A stretch of DNA of 56,244 nucleotides from an uncultured Ignavibacteriales bacterium (GTDB lineage: Bacteria; Zixibacteria; MSB-5A5; GN15; FEB-12): the NCBI GenBank assembly GCA_964464605.1, contig CAYXJN010000011.1:1-56244 (forward strand), in the 5' to 3' direction. The position numbers and the translations under genes were made by a program. The notes beneath the pieces are model-generated. The model worked only from the letters and a program-made list of their open reading frames with translations. It searched no databases and was not told where the DNA came from. Numbering within the stretch: position 1 is the stretch's first letter; every line of letters begins with the position of its first letter. This document shows, one piece after another, positions 39,411 through 48,712 of this stretch.

Positions 39411-39821
39411 ATGCCCCGGCTATTTAATGATTCCTCGTTCCAACATACTAATCCGACCTTCAAGCAGGCGACCGGGTTTCCCTCTCCGGCCGATGATTTC
39501 TTTGAGTCCCGTCTTGATCTGAATGAACAGTATATCAGGCACAAAGAAGCGACCTTCTTCGCCCGGGTGCAGGGGAATTCGATGCTCGGTGCGGGAATTC
39601 ATGATCAGGACTTGCTCATAATCGATCGCTCAATTACCCCAACGCACGGACATATCATTATCGCGGCTATCGATGGGGAGTTTATGGTTCGCCGTTTACA
39701 CAAACAGAGCGGCCAAGTCACGCTTTTGGCGGAAAGCAAAAACTACCGGCCGATGACGATTACCGACGGGCAGGAACTGCTTATCTGGGGAGTAGTGACT
39801 GCCGTAATTCACCGAGTCTGA
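39411..39821 (+). CDS. umuD: UmuD-like S24 family protein
   Basis: GFPSPADD, LDLN, ATFF, GNSM, DLLIIDRS, WGVVT; adjacent to umuC. Confidence 0.85.
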   Translation: MPRLFNDSSFQHTNPTFKQATGFPSPADDFFESRLDLNEQYIRHKEATFFARVQGNSMLGAGIHDQDLLIIDRSITPTHGHIIIAAIDGEFMVRRLHKQSGQVTLLAESKNYRPMTITDGQELLIWGVVTAVIHRV

Positions 39822-39822
39822 G

Positions 39823-41109
39823 ATGGAAACCAAATCCAATGTCGTCGCACTGGTGGACGTAAACAATTTCTTTGTCTCCTGCGAGCGGGTGTTTTTACCG
39901 GCGCTTGAAAAACGACCGGTTGCCGTGCTTTCCAACAATGATGGCTGTGTGGTTGCCCGTTCCAATGAAGTGAAAGCGCTCGATGTTCCCATGGCCGTCC
40001 CGTTTTACCAGGTTCGCGAGATATTCGAGAAGCACAAGGTTGTCGTGTTCTCTTCCAATTTTCAGTTGTACGGCGACATGTCCGACCGGGTGATGTCGAT
40101 TCTTTCCCGCTTTAGTCCGTATCAGGAAATTTACTCTATCGATGAATGTTTCCTCGACTTCAGCGGGTTCTCGCATCTTAATCTTACTGAATACGCGCAT
40201 GAGATTCGCAACTGCGTTCGTCAATGGATCGGCCTGCCGATAAGTATCGGCATCGCTCCAACCAAAACACTGGCAAAACTCGCCAACCATTTCGCCAAAA
40301 CCCGACCGGAATTTGAAAATGTCTGTGATTTGACTGCGCTTTCATCAGGAGAGTTCGATGTGCTTTTGGCCAGTGTGCATGTCGGCAAGGTCTGGGGTAT
40401 CGGACATGAACTGAAAGACAAGTTGATGCGCATGGGTATAAAAACGCCGCTTGATTTGCGGAATGCCAATCCTGATCTCATCCGTTCACGATTTAGTATT
40501 ACCGTCGAGCGGACAGTTGAAGAATTGCGCGGGGAAGGGTGTGTTACGCTTGATGACAGTTTCGAGCCGCGCAAGCAGATCATGTCTACTCGTTCCTTCG
40601 GTGTGCCGGTCTATTCGTTGAATGACCTTTCCGAAGCGGTCGCCAGCTACATCGCGCGGGCGGTAGAGAAACTGCGGGAACAACAATCAGCCGCCGGCGG
40701 CTTGATGGTATTTATCCGCACCAGTCCGCACATTGACAAAGAAAAACGTTTCCAGAAAAGCTGGTACACGCATCTGCCTACTCACACCGACAATATCTTT
40801 ACGCTGACCCAAACGGCAATTGCCGGATTGAAAACGATCTATCGTTCCGGCCCGAAATACCAAAAAGCCGGGATACTATTGACCCATCTGATTCCCGCTT
40901 CCCAGCAGCAGCGAACATTGTTTGATAACCCGCAGGAAGAGGAAAAAGCGAGCCGCTTGTTGGATACGTTAGACGAAATCAACCAAGAGATGGGGCGCGG
41001 GACGATTCATTTGGCCAGCGAAGGCTGCAATCAAAGTTGGAAAGTAAAATCCGAAAAACGCACCCCGCCGTACACAACGAGGTGGGATTCGATATTGAAT
41101 GTGTGGTGA
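39823..41109 (+). CDS. umuC: Y-family translesion DNA polymerase V subunit UmuC
   Basis: LVDVNNFFVSCER, VLSNNDGC, YSIDE, PTKTLAKLAN, C-terminal P.YTTRW. Confidence 0.92.
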   Translation: METKSNVVALVDVNNFFVSCERVFLPALEKRPVAVLSNNDGCVVARSNEVKALDVPMAVPFYQVREIFEKHKVVVFSSNFQLYGDMSDRVMSILSRFSPYQEIYSIDECFLDFSGFSHLNLTEYAHEIRNCVRQWIGLPISIGIAPTKTLAKLANHFAKTRPEFENVCDLTALSSGEFDVLLASVHVGKVWGIGHELKDKLMRMGIKTPLDLRNANPDLIRSRFSITVERTVEELRGEGCVTLDDSFEPRKQIMSTRSFGVPVYSLNDLSEAVASYIARAVEKLREQQSAAGGLMVFIRTSPHIDKEKRFQKSWYTHLPTHTDNIFTLTQTAIAGLKTIYRSGPKYQKAGILLTHLIPASQQQRTLFDNPQEEEKASRLLDTLDEINQEMGRGTIHLASEGCNQSWKVKSEKRTPPYTTRWDSILNVW

Positions 41110-41162
41110 TAGTTCGTTTTGATTGGTGTGAAGCCAATGATTGGGTTATAGAAAAAATAGGT

Positions 41163-41621
41163 TTATTGATAGATAACATCGTATAAAATTGCGATCAACC
41201 AACCTAAAACGAAAAATCTTGGTGGGGCAGTATCATTAACCCATAAAGAGAATTTTGTAGGCCATCTCTTTCTTTGTACGACTGTTTCTTCAAGTATTTC
41301 GCGATAAGTGCCGAGTTTGTTTTTTATAGATATTAACGTAAGATAGCCCGCTTCACATCGATATCTTAGAGCTATTATTTGAGAATGCCACAGTAGTGAA
41401 ATTGCCACACCAGTGAGTAAGATAGGTAAAAGGTAGAAATCTTTAGCCATAAAAACGGCAAGTACCGTAGCTATTAATGTGTTAATAGTTAAATAGAAAT
41501 TGTTGGTGTTTGCAATTAAGTCTTCCTGTTTCTGAACTATATTTACCTGTGTTTTATAAAGCTCGATAATATGTTCAATTTTGTTTGAATTGAAATTAGA
41601 TGTGTTATTCGTGGTATTCAT
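41163..41621 (-). CDS. Low-GC small membrane protein resembling the RipA/octameric membrane protein family
   Basis: ELYK....NTNNFYLTINT plus TM helices and a SLLW motif; AT-rich DNA. Confidence 0.55.
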   Translation of the reverse strand: MNTTNNTSNFNSNKIEHIIELYKTQVNIVQKQEDLIANTNNFYLTINTLIATVLAVFMAKDFYLLPILLTGVAISLLWHSQIIALRYRCEAGYLTLISIKNKLGTYREILEETVVQRKRWPTKFSLWVNDTAPPRFFVLGWLIAILYDVIYQ

Positions 41622-41722
41622 CTTGCTACCCTTTTCATGCCGCTAGTACTAGGCTCAAATATTGATATTGGATTACCCTATTAATTTAATTTCTTAATTA
41701 CCTTCTCAACCCGTTTTCGGCT

Positions 41723-42214
41723 CTATTTTTTCTTACTCGCCGCCGCGGCCAACCCAAGCTGTCCGGCATGGTAAATATCATGCTCAATAATCCCGTTAAT
41801 TAAAAATTCAAACGTCGAACGGCGGTAGGGAGTATCAAGAAATGAGTCATCCTTTGATTTCAGAAACGCGACAAACTTGTTATGGGTTGTTTCCAGCTTT
41901 TTGAGCAGCGCATTCCATTGCGCCTGACTGATATTTTTCGGATTGGTCGGCCAGTCCTGTTCCGAATCGATTTTGATTTGCTCAACCGGTTTGTCAGTAA
42001 GCCGGGCAAGTACCGCTTCCCGCCATGAAATAATATGATGCACCTGCTGATAAACCGAATGCATTCCCGCCGGTTGAATACAGACTTGGGATAAAGCTGT
42101 TTTCTTCAGCCGCGCAACAATCGAATACCCGTACCAGGGGCGACCGGAATATATCTGGTTAACCTGTTTGATATACTTGTTAACGCGGTTTTTTGATGCT
42201 GTCGTTCGTTTCAT
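41723..42214 (-). CDS. DinB family protein
   Basis: G.PWYG, HSVYQQVHH, DWP, EHDIYHAGQL. Confidence 0.8.
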   Translation of the reverse strand: MKRTTASKNRVNKYIKQVNQIYSGRPWYGYSIVARLKKTALSQVCIQPAGMHSVYQQVHHIISWREAVLARLTDKPVEQIKIDSEQDWPTNPKNISQAQWNALLKKLETTHNKFVAFLKSKDDSFLDTPYRRSTFEFLINGIIEHDIYHAGQLGLAAAASKKK

Positions 42215-44759
42215 GTTTCTTCTTTGCCGATGATGAGAAAGTTATGGTAAAGGACATATCGAACGATCCGGTGCGCCCCGCTCCGTTGCCGACACTGATA
42301 TTGTGATGGCCGGGCACAAGCATGCCATTATCTTGTACAGAAGTACCATCGTCAGGAAACCGATATTCTACTTCTTCATCACCGGTGTCAGAATAATCAA
42401 GGTGTCCGCTTGAACCGCAGTCACTCATACAATTACTGTCGCCGCTCCACGTACCGTTGAGTGAGAGCGTAAAATACACCGGCGCATTGACTACGTCGAA
42501 ACTTATTGAGACAAAAGTAGTCACGTGTGGATGTACGTCGCATGAGCCATCGGCTATAACCTCACCCGAAGCGGAATAGGTAAATCCTGTCAGCGTATCG
42601 GGACCGATCAGTGAAAACGAAGAGGAATGGGTAACGGTTGCTGATGCCTCTCCATCACCGCTACAGGGGTATGAAGAAGAACCGCCGGGAGAAATGCCCG
42701 GGAAGGGGGGAGGAGTGCTCATTGAGTCTCCAGCAACGTCGAGTACGGAATCATAATTGGCACTTTCCACAATTGTTCTGCCCATTTCCCACCGCCAGGT
42801 AATGACTACTTTTCCTACCGGGTCATCGCATCCAAACATACTATCCCGTCTGTTGATGTCACCGGTATACAGGTCTGAGTAAGCATAGTATTGTAAAATA
42901 GATAAATCTGTCAGCAGGTTTTCATCAAGAATAGTGTCATGGGTACAAAAACTTACACCGACAGGCCCGAATACCGGCGGAGTGCTGACGGTAAGATCAA
43001 ACTTGTCTTTACCGGAACCGCCGGCCATTCTATTACCGTTCAAGTCATAGCGGGAATCATCCGGTGGGAGTGGAGCGGCCCGTTCAAACGCTTCCAGATA
43101 TACAAAAATATCATGATCATCAAATTTGCCGTTTGTTCCTACGCTGTCGCTGTTACCGGCGACATCGAGTAAAGCGGTGCGAATGGATTTATTGGAACTT
43201 ACATCCAAAGCAAGTACGGCATTGTACGCATCAACAACGCCGAAAGCAGAATCATACGAGTTAATAATTGCTTCCCGAATTGTTGACAATGGCGCGTCCG
43301 GTTTCAGATTCATCATATAAGCAGCCAACCCCGGGATTTGCGGTGTTGCTTGCGAAGTGCCGGACATTTCTACTGTGCCATTTATGCACCGGTTATCCGG
43401 TTGTATACATGGCCCTTTAATATCTTCTCCTATCATCCGCACATCTGCACCGAGGTTAGAAAAATCCGATGGCTGGCCATTATATTGAGAGCTGCCAACA
43501 ATAATGGTGTTGGTCAACGGAGTAAAAACCCAGGGTTTGGTAGGCGCGTAAAAGTCAAAAATTGTGCTGAGGATAGTGCTGTCTTTGGTGTAGGTACTGT
43601 CATGATCCAGCAAATCAGATGGATCGATCATCAGTGCTGCCGTAGTAAACGGACTGCTATACAATGTATATTTCCCTTTACCGTTAGTGTCATCGGCATC
43701 ATTGCCGGCAGCGGCTACGTGCAGGAAATGATCTTGAAATGGGCTGACAAACTCCCGCCATTTGAGCGCGTAGGCGATGCGCATGATAGCAGGTTCTTTT
43801 GTAAAATAAGGGTCGTTATATCCGAGGCTGGTGTTGACTATTGACTTGCCTGTTCGTGGAATCGAATCGGCTATCATCTGTATCATCACCGCCCAGTCAT
43901 AGTTCGTGATACTCTGTGACTTGATTTCGATAAGACTGCGATATCCCGGATGGATACCGGTCGTTCCGGCATCGTCATACAATGCGCCGAGGATTCCACA
44001 CACATTATATCCGTGGGCACCGACATAATTGCCTGAAGCCATCTTTAAATTCGCCGAATCATTGTTAACATTAACAAACCGCTGGCTGGGAATCTCTACA
44101 CAAACAGAAAGTGAACTGTACACATCCGGTGCCAACACGGAGACTTTGTTACCAAGCGACAATGCATACTCTTGTAAGTTCCAGGCTGCCGGCATACGGC
44201 AGTCAATAAGATGATCGATTCTCGTACTCGCCGGTTCTCCGGGGATGATACTTGTTGGTGCGATTAGTTCGGTTGTTGTTTCGTCACTCGGTGGTAGCGG
44301 TGCATAGGCAGGGAAGGCCGCGAGAAATGCGCCACTTGCAACCAGTTGGTCGCATAAGCTCTCAAGCGAAGTACGATCAGATTGTGCAGGAACGGATAAT
44401 GTTAGAAACAGGCTGCTGTCACCCATTGCCACAATCAATGCGCCAATGGAATCCAATGCGGCGTTGACCGTCCCGACTGTAGCTGCTGGGTTTAATATTG
44501 CCGTAAGACGGCTATCAAGTAATCCGAGGCTGTCGTCAATAAATCCGGCTGCGGAGCCTTTCGCCAGAAAGGCGGAGGTAGCATATGCTGCCGTTGAATT
44601 TGTATCCCCTTCTAACAATACGCCGGGGCTGTCGGGAGTAGGAGGCTTATCGTTCGAATCTGTGCCTTTACTGCAAGCCAAAATTATTGAGAGCAAAACC
44701 GCCAGCCCAAAAAGCAGAATGTAGTTTTTGTACGCATACCCTGTTGCTGTTCCCACCAT
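42180..44759 (-). CDS. S8 (subtilase) family serine peptidase, lipoprotein
   Basis: Lipobox ILAC, HGYNVCG, NTSLG, AAGND, SGTSQATP; AGGAGG SD. Confidence 0.85.
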   Translation of the reverse strand: MVGTATGYAYKNYILLFGLAVLLSIILACSKGTDSNDKPPTPDSPGVLLEGDTNSTAAYATSAFLAKGSAAGFIDDSLGLLDSRLTAILNPAATVGTVNAALDSIGALIVAMGDSSLFLTLSVPAQSDRTSLESLCDQLVASGAFLAAFPAYAPLPPSDETTTELIAPTSIIPGEPASTRIDHLIDCRMPAAWNLQEYALSLGNKVSVLAPDVYSSLSVCVEIPSQRFVNVNNDSANLKMASGNYVGAHGYNVCGILGALYDDAGTTGIHPGYRSLIEIKSQSITNYDWAVMIQMIADSIPRTGKSIVNTSLGYNDPYFTKEPAIMRIAYALKWREFVSPFQDHFLHVAAAGNDADDTNGKGKYTLYSSPFTTAALMIDPSDLLDHDSTYTKDSTILSTIFDFYAPTKPWVFTPLTNTIIVGSSQYNGQPSDFSNLGADVRMIGEDIKGPCIQPDNRCINGTVEMSGTSQATPQIPGLAAYMMNLKPDAPLSTIREAIINSYDSAFGVVDAYNAVLALDVSSNKSIRTALLDVAGNSDSVGTNGKFDDHDIFVYLEAFERAAPLPPDDSRYDLNGNRMAGGSGKDKFDLTVSTPPVFGPVGVSFCTHDTILDENLLTDLSILQYYAYSDLYTGDINRRDSMFGCDDPVGKVVITWRWEMGRTIVESANYDSVLDVAGDSMSTPPPFPGISPGGSSSYPCSGDGEASATVTHSSSFSLIGPDTLTGFTYSASGEVIADGSCDVHPHVTTFVSISFDVVNAPVYFTLSLNGTWSGDSNCMSDCGSSGHLDYSDTGDEEVEYRFPDDGTSVQDNGMLVPGHHNISVGNGAGRTGSFDMSFTITFSSSAKKKHETNDSIKKPR

Positions 44760-44909
44760 AACCTCCTGCGTGTATCCTGTGTTTCAGGACTTTCGCTGCT
44801 CGACGTTTAATCAAGAACCTACAGAAATATACAGACGTGATCGCATGGCAACAACTCGCAATTTGGCTGGCTTGTGCGAACCGACCGATTTCGCGCTGCC
44901 AAATTTTGA

Positions 44910-44926
44910 CTGACGTTCCCTGTCAG
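44910..44926. promoter_or_regulatory. Palindromic operator candidate CTGAC-N7-GTCAG
   Basis: Perfect inverted repeat in the divergent S8/WYL intergenic region. Confidence 0.45.
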
Positions 44927-45025
44927 GGGGTACCGGCATCTTGGGGTCAGCAAGGCTATTGGGTTAGGCAGCGGTCTTTGTGCGCTCCCCGGCAAAGATC
45001 GATAAACTGAAAGGGACAGGGGGCT

Positions 45026-45706
45026 GTGACTAAGGCAGAACGGCTATTATTTTTAAGTAATCTCATCCGGAATAGAGGTCCGGTATTCGTCGAGGAACTC
45101 GCCTCGGAGTGCGAAGTCTCCTCGCGGACGATTTACCGGGACATCAACTCGCTTTCCCGGATGAATTTCCCGGTCTATTACGACAATGGGTATCGGCTCT
45201 CGCGGGATACTACCTCGATTGGCGGAGTGTTAAGCGCCGATGATGTCGACCTTATCTGTTTTGCTTTACGCAATAATGTGCTGGCTGAGTACCCGTTTTT
45301 CAAAAGGAAGTTCAGCGTTATTGAGCAGCTTTTGAAAACCAAAGTCAAACAGGGAAAAGAGCGGCAAATCAATCTGTTCCAGTTCGAGCGGCAAGGGCAA
45401 AAAGACCTAACGCCTCAGGAACTACGTATCATCAGCCGGTTTGTCGAAGCGGCTATCGAACGCAAAAAAATCCGTATCAGCACTAAGGGTAAAGCGAAAC
45501 ATGACGGTACGGTCATACCGGTTTCGGTTCGACGCCGTCCCGATGCGACGTACTTAGTCCAGGCGACTGATATACACGCTCCACTGGAAGAAATCTTGGT
45601 AACGAGTATCACCAAAATCGAAATCACCGAAGAACGGTTTCCAGTCCGTCCCATCGCCCTTCTCCGCGAGCATTCGAGTCAGGCTAAAAGTCGGTTTATT
45701 GACTGA
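45026..45706 (+). CDS. HTH regulator with a degenerate WYL-like domain and no WCX
   Basis: HTH very similar to the 35105 protein (ECEVSSRTIYRDI, PVYYDNGY); C-terminal AAIERKKIRI..VIP..YL remnant. Confidence 0.8.
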   Translation: MTKAERLLFLSNLIRNRGPVFVEELASECEVSSRTIYRDINSLSRMNFPVYYDNGYRLSRDTTSIGGVLSADDVDLICFALRNNVLAEYPFFKRKFSVIEQLLKTKVKQGKERQINLFQFERQGQKDLTPQELRIISRFVEAAIERKKIRISTKGKAKHDGTVIPVSVRRRPDATYLVQATDIHAPLEEILVTSITKIEITEERFPVRPIALLREHSSQAKSRFID

Positions 45707-45753
45707 TATTTCTCACCCTCCGGCAGCCCACACTTTCCCCCGTAACTATTTTA

Positions 45754-45783
45754 TTGACAATGTTATGAGGTTTCCGTTACCAT
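45754..45783 (+). promoter_or_regulatory. Sigma70-type promoter of the BMC genes
   Basis: TTGACA-N18-TACCAT. Confidence 0.6.
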
Positions 45784-45824
45784 TTTCCAGCTAAACGCAT
45801 GCTAAAGGATGTAACAGGAGGAAC

Positions 45825-46109
45825 ATGGAAGCCTTAGGAATGATTGAAACGAAGGGGCTTGTCGCCCTGATTGAAGCTGCCGATGCGATGGTCAAAGCGG
45901 CCAAAGTACAGCTGGTAGCCTATGAAAAAATCGGCGGTGGTTTAGTAACCGCTATCGTCCGCGGCGATGTTGCTGCCTGCAAAGCGGCTACCGATGCCGG
46001 CGCAGCGGCTGCCCAGAAAGTCGGCGAACTGATTTCCGTGCATGTTATCCCCCGTCCGCATCAGAACGTGCATGAAATCTTCCCGACCAGACTTCCGGAC
46101 GGACACTAA
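45825..46109 (+). CDS. Bacterial microcompartment hexameric shell protein (BMC-H; PduA/EutM/CcmK family)
   Basis: [46 protein letters not shown]. Confidence 0.95.
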   Translation: MEALGMIETKGLVALIEAADAMVKAAKVQLVAYEKIGGGLVTAIVRGDVAACKAATDAGAAAAQKVGELISVHVIPRPHQNVHEIFPTRLPDGH

Positions 46110-46161
46110 CCAAATCAGTGCGGCCTGTACTCGCGTGGCCGCATAGAAAATGTAATTCAGC

Positions 46162-47697
46162 ATGGATGGTAACACCAATCCGGCCGTTGAGGACATTGTT
46201 CGCCTCGTCCTCAAAGAGCTGCGCTCTGCCGACACTCAGCCCGGTTTCTCCGGAAGCCCAAAGTCAGACGGAGTAGCCGATTCAAGCGGCAGTGCCCGCA
46301 TGGCACATTTCACTGCGCCGCAAATCCGTTCGAGTTCCTCTGTAAAAGATTCCCCCCGTGAAGATGGTAACTGTTGCTTTGCCTCGTTAGATCAGGCAGT
46401 GGAAGCCGCCCGTTTAGCCCAGCGTAAGTTTCTCGATATCCGGCTTGAAACCCGCCATGCGATTGTCGCCAATATCCGTAAGCATTCCTTAGCGCAGGCG
46501 GAGCGAATAGGGCGGGAAGAGGTCAAAGAGACCGGTCTGGGTAAAATGCCGGACAAGATGAACAAGATTATCCTTTGCGCCAACAAAACCCCCGGTCCGG
46601 AAGATATCACCTCGCATGCCGTCACCGGCGATCATGGTTTAACCCTTACTGAACTTGCCCCGTGGGGTGTGATGGGGATAATCACCCCAACCACTAATCC
46701 TCCGGCAACGGTTTTAAACAATGCGATCTCCGCAATTTCCGCCGGAAACAGTGCTGTATTTAACCCGCATCCAAACGCCAAAAATAATTCTGCCGATATG
46801 GCCAAACTTATCCATGATGCGATCGTGGAAGCCGGCGGCCCGCAGAACTTGATAACCTGCGTTACCAATCCGACAATCGAATCGGCTCAGACACTCATGA
46901 AGCACAAACATATCGATTTGGTGCTCGTCACCGGCGGTATGGGGGTTGTTCGGGAGGCAATGGCTTCCGGCAAGCGGGCTATTTGCGCCGGACCGGGTAA
47001 TCCTCCGGTGGTGGTTGATGAAACAGCAATTATTCCGAAGGCAGCCAGAGATATAGTGCTGGGAGCCTCGTTTGATAACAATATCCTCTGCACCGATGAA
47101 AAAGAGATCTTCGCGGTCGATAAAATTGCCCACAAACTCAAACGGGAAATGGTCGCTAACGGTGCATACGAACTCGAAGGACAGCAGATCGACCGGTTGA
47201 TGAAAATCTTGGTCGAGTCTGACCCGGACAAATCCGGTTACCGCCATGTGTCGGTGAACAAACGGTTCATCGGAAAATCGGCGGAAGAAATTCTCAAGCA
47301 GATCGATGTCGTTCCGCCGCCCGGCACAAAGCTGATATTCTTTGAAGCGGCGTGGGATCATCCGTTTGTCATGGCTGAGCAGCTTATGCCGGTCATTCCG
47401 TTTGTTCGCTGCAAAACAGTCGAAGAAGCAATGGAGCGGGCGGTAATTGCTGAGCACGGTTATAAACACACCTTCGTTATGCATAGCACTTCGATTGTCA
47501 ATCTTTCTACCATGGCTCAGCTCTGCCGTGCGAATATTTTCGTCAAAAACGGTTTCAATATGGCCGGATTGGGATACGAAGGGGAAGGGCACTGCACGAT
47601 GTCTATTGCTGGAACAACCGGTGAAGGACTGACCAAAGCATCTACGTTTACTCGCCCTCGTCGCTGCACACTGATCGATTATTTCAGAATAATTTGA
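46162..47697 (+). CDS. CoA-acylating aldehyde dehydrogenase (EutE/PduP type) with N-terminal encapsulation peptide
   Basis: VEDIVRLVLKEL amphipathic helix plus linker; TPTTNP, TGG, AGPGNPP, FDNNILC, EQLMP, TGEG. Confidence 0.92.
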   Translation: MDGNTNPAVEDIVRLVLKELRSADTQPGFSGSPKSDGVADSSGSARMAHFTAPQIRSSSSVKDSPREDGNCCFASLDQAVEAARLAQRKFLDIRLETRHAIVANIRKHSLAQAERIGREEVKETGLGKMPDKMNKIILCANKTPGPEDITSHAVTGDHGLTLTELAPWGVMGIITPTTNPPATVLNNAISAISAGNSAVFNPHPNAKNNSADMAKLIHDAIVEAGGPQNLITCVTNPTIESAQTLMKHKHIDLVLVTGGMGVVREAMASGKRAICAGPGNPPVVVDETAIIPKAARDIVLGASFDNNILCTDEKEIFAVDKIAHKLKREMVANGAYELEGQQIDRLMKILVESDPDKSGYRHVSVNKRFIGKSAEEILKQIDVVPPPGTKLIFFEAAWDHPFVMAEQLMPVIPFVRCKTVEEAMERAVIAEHGYKHTFVMHSTSIVNLSTMAQLCRANIFVKNGFNMAGLGYEGEGHCTMSIAGTTGEGLTKASTFTRPRRCTLIDYFRII

Positions 47698-47720
47698 AGT
47701 AGATAGCCGGTCCTTTTCCT

Positions 47721-48062
47721 ATGGTGAAACGGGAATCGAAATCTGACTCATTTGTCCAGTTTATCGGTGAACAGTTATCTGATCTGCCGGAAATTCGTAT
47801 CAAGGCGATGTTTGGCGGTCATGGAATATACTCCGGTCCAATCATGTTCGGCATTCTTGCAAAGGGGCGTTTGTATTTTCGGGTCGATGATGTTACCCGC
47901 AAACAATATGTAGCGTCGGGAATGGGGCCGTTTATGCCTTATGACGAACAGGCAATGAAGTCGTACTATGAAGTTCCACCTGACTGCATCGAGTCGCCGG
48001 CTGAGTTATTGGAACTTGCGCGACAGTCGATCGTAACCGCAAGGAAAGCAAAGAAGAAGTAG
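47721..48062 (+). CDS. TfoX/Sxy N-terminal domain protein
   Basis: KAMFGGHGIY, LYFRVD, GMGPF, SYYEVP. Confidence 0.85.
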   Translation: MVKRESKSDSFVQFIGEQLSDLPEIRIKAMFGGHGIYSGPIMFGILAKGRLYFRVDDVTRKQYVASGMGPFMPYDEQAMKSYYEVPPDCIESPAELLELARQSIVTARKAKKK

Positions 48063-48095
48063 ATAAGTGATCTGATATTATGTTGGGAAGATCTC

Positions 48096-48695
48096 ATGCT
48101 TTTTAAAAGATCGATAGCGCTTTCTTTAGTTGGTTTTATTGCAGTTATCTGTTGTGCTGGCTGCAGATGGCAGACAACGCGAGAGTTTAGGCCGATGGCT
48201 GAAGAAAATCCGATGATTATGTTCGATCAATATCGTTTAGATATTCATGGATATGCATCGGGTTTACATAACATTGAATGTGATGTCTATACTGTCGATT
48301 CTGTGCCAGCTACGACCAATATCGATTCTATTCCAATTTTTACTATTGATAGTATGTGCTTTACAGGTAGTTGTCTTGATAGCCAACTCTGTTGTAGTCC
48401 AGAGAGTCATAGTGAGGCTGCAGAAAGATTGTACAGATTGGGTCTCAATGGTTACTCTGAACCTGACACAGATCCAGGCAAGGATTTGCGTTTTCGTTCG
48501 GGAAGAATTGAGCATGAGGGGTTCAGTTTGTCCGGGGTTCTCAAGCTTCCAGATAGCTGCAAAGGTCAGGATGTTATAGTAGAAATCAGGGCACGCCTTG
48601 TGAACAGAATTACTGGTGAAACTATTGCTGCCGAACGTAAGCGAGTACAGTTCTATATTGATAAGCGAAAAACACGCATGCTGTTCATGAGCTGA
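48096..48695 (+). CDS. Cys-rich putative lipoprotein
   Basis: Signal ending CCAGC; several Cys; lower GC than neighbours. Confidence 0.55.
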   Translation: MLFKRSIALSLVGFIAVICCAGCRWQTTREFRPMAEENPMIMFDQYRLDIHGYASGLHNIECDVYTVDSVPATTNIDSIPIFTIDSMCFTGSCLDSQLCCSPESHSEAAERLYRLGLNGYSEPDTDPGKDLRFRSGRIEHEGFSLSGVLKLPDSCKGQDVIVEIRARLVNRITGETIAAERKRVQFYIDKRKTRMLFMS

Positions 48696-48712
48696 GCGGA
48701 ACACCCTTAACT

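Noticed and set aside
46714..47592. 292-aa minus-strand ORF
   Set aside because: Antisense to the well-conserved aldehyde dehydrogenase.
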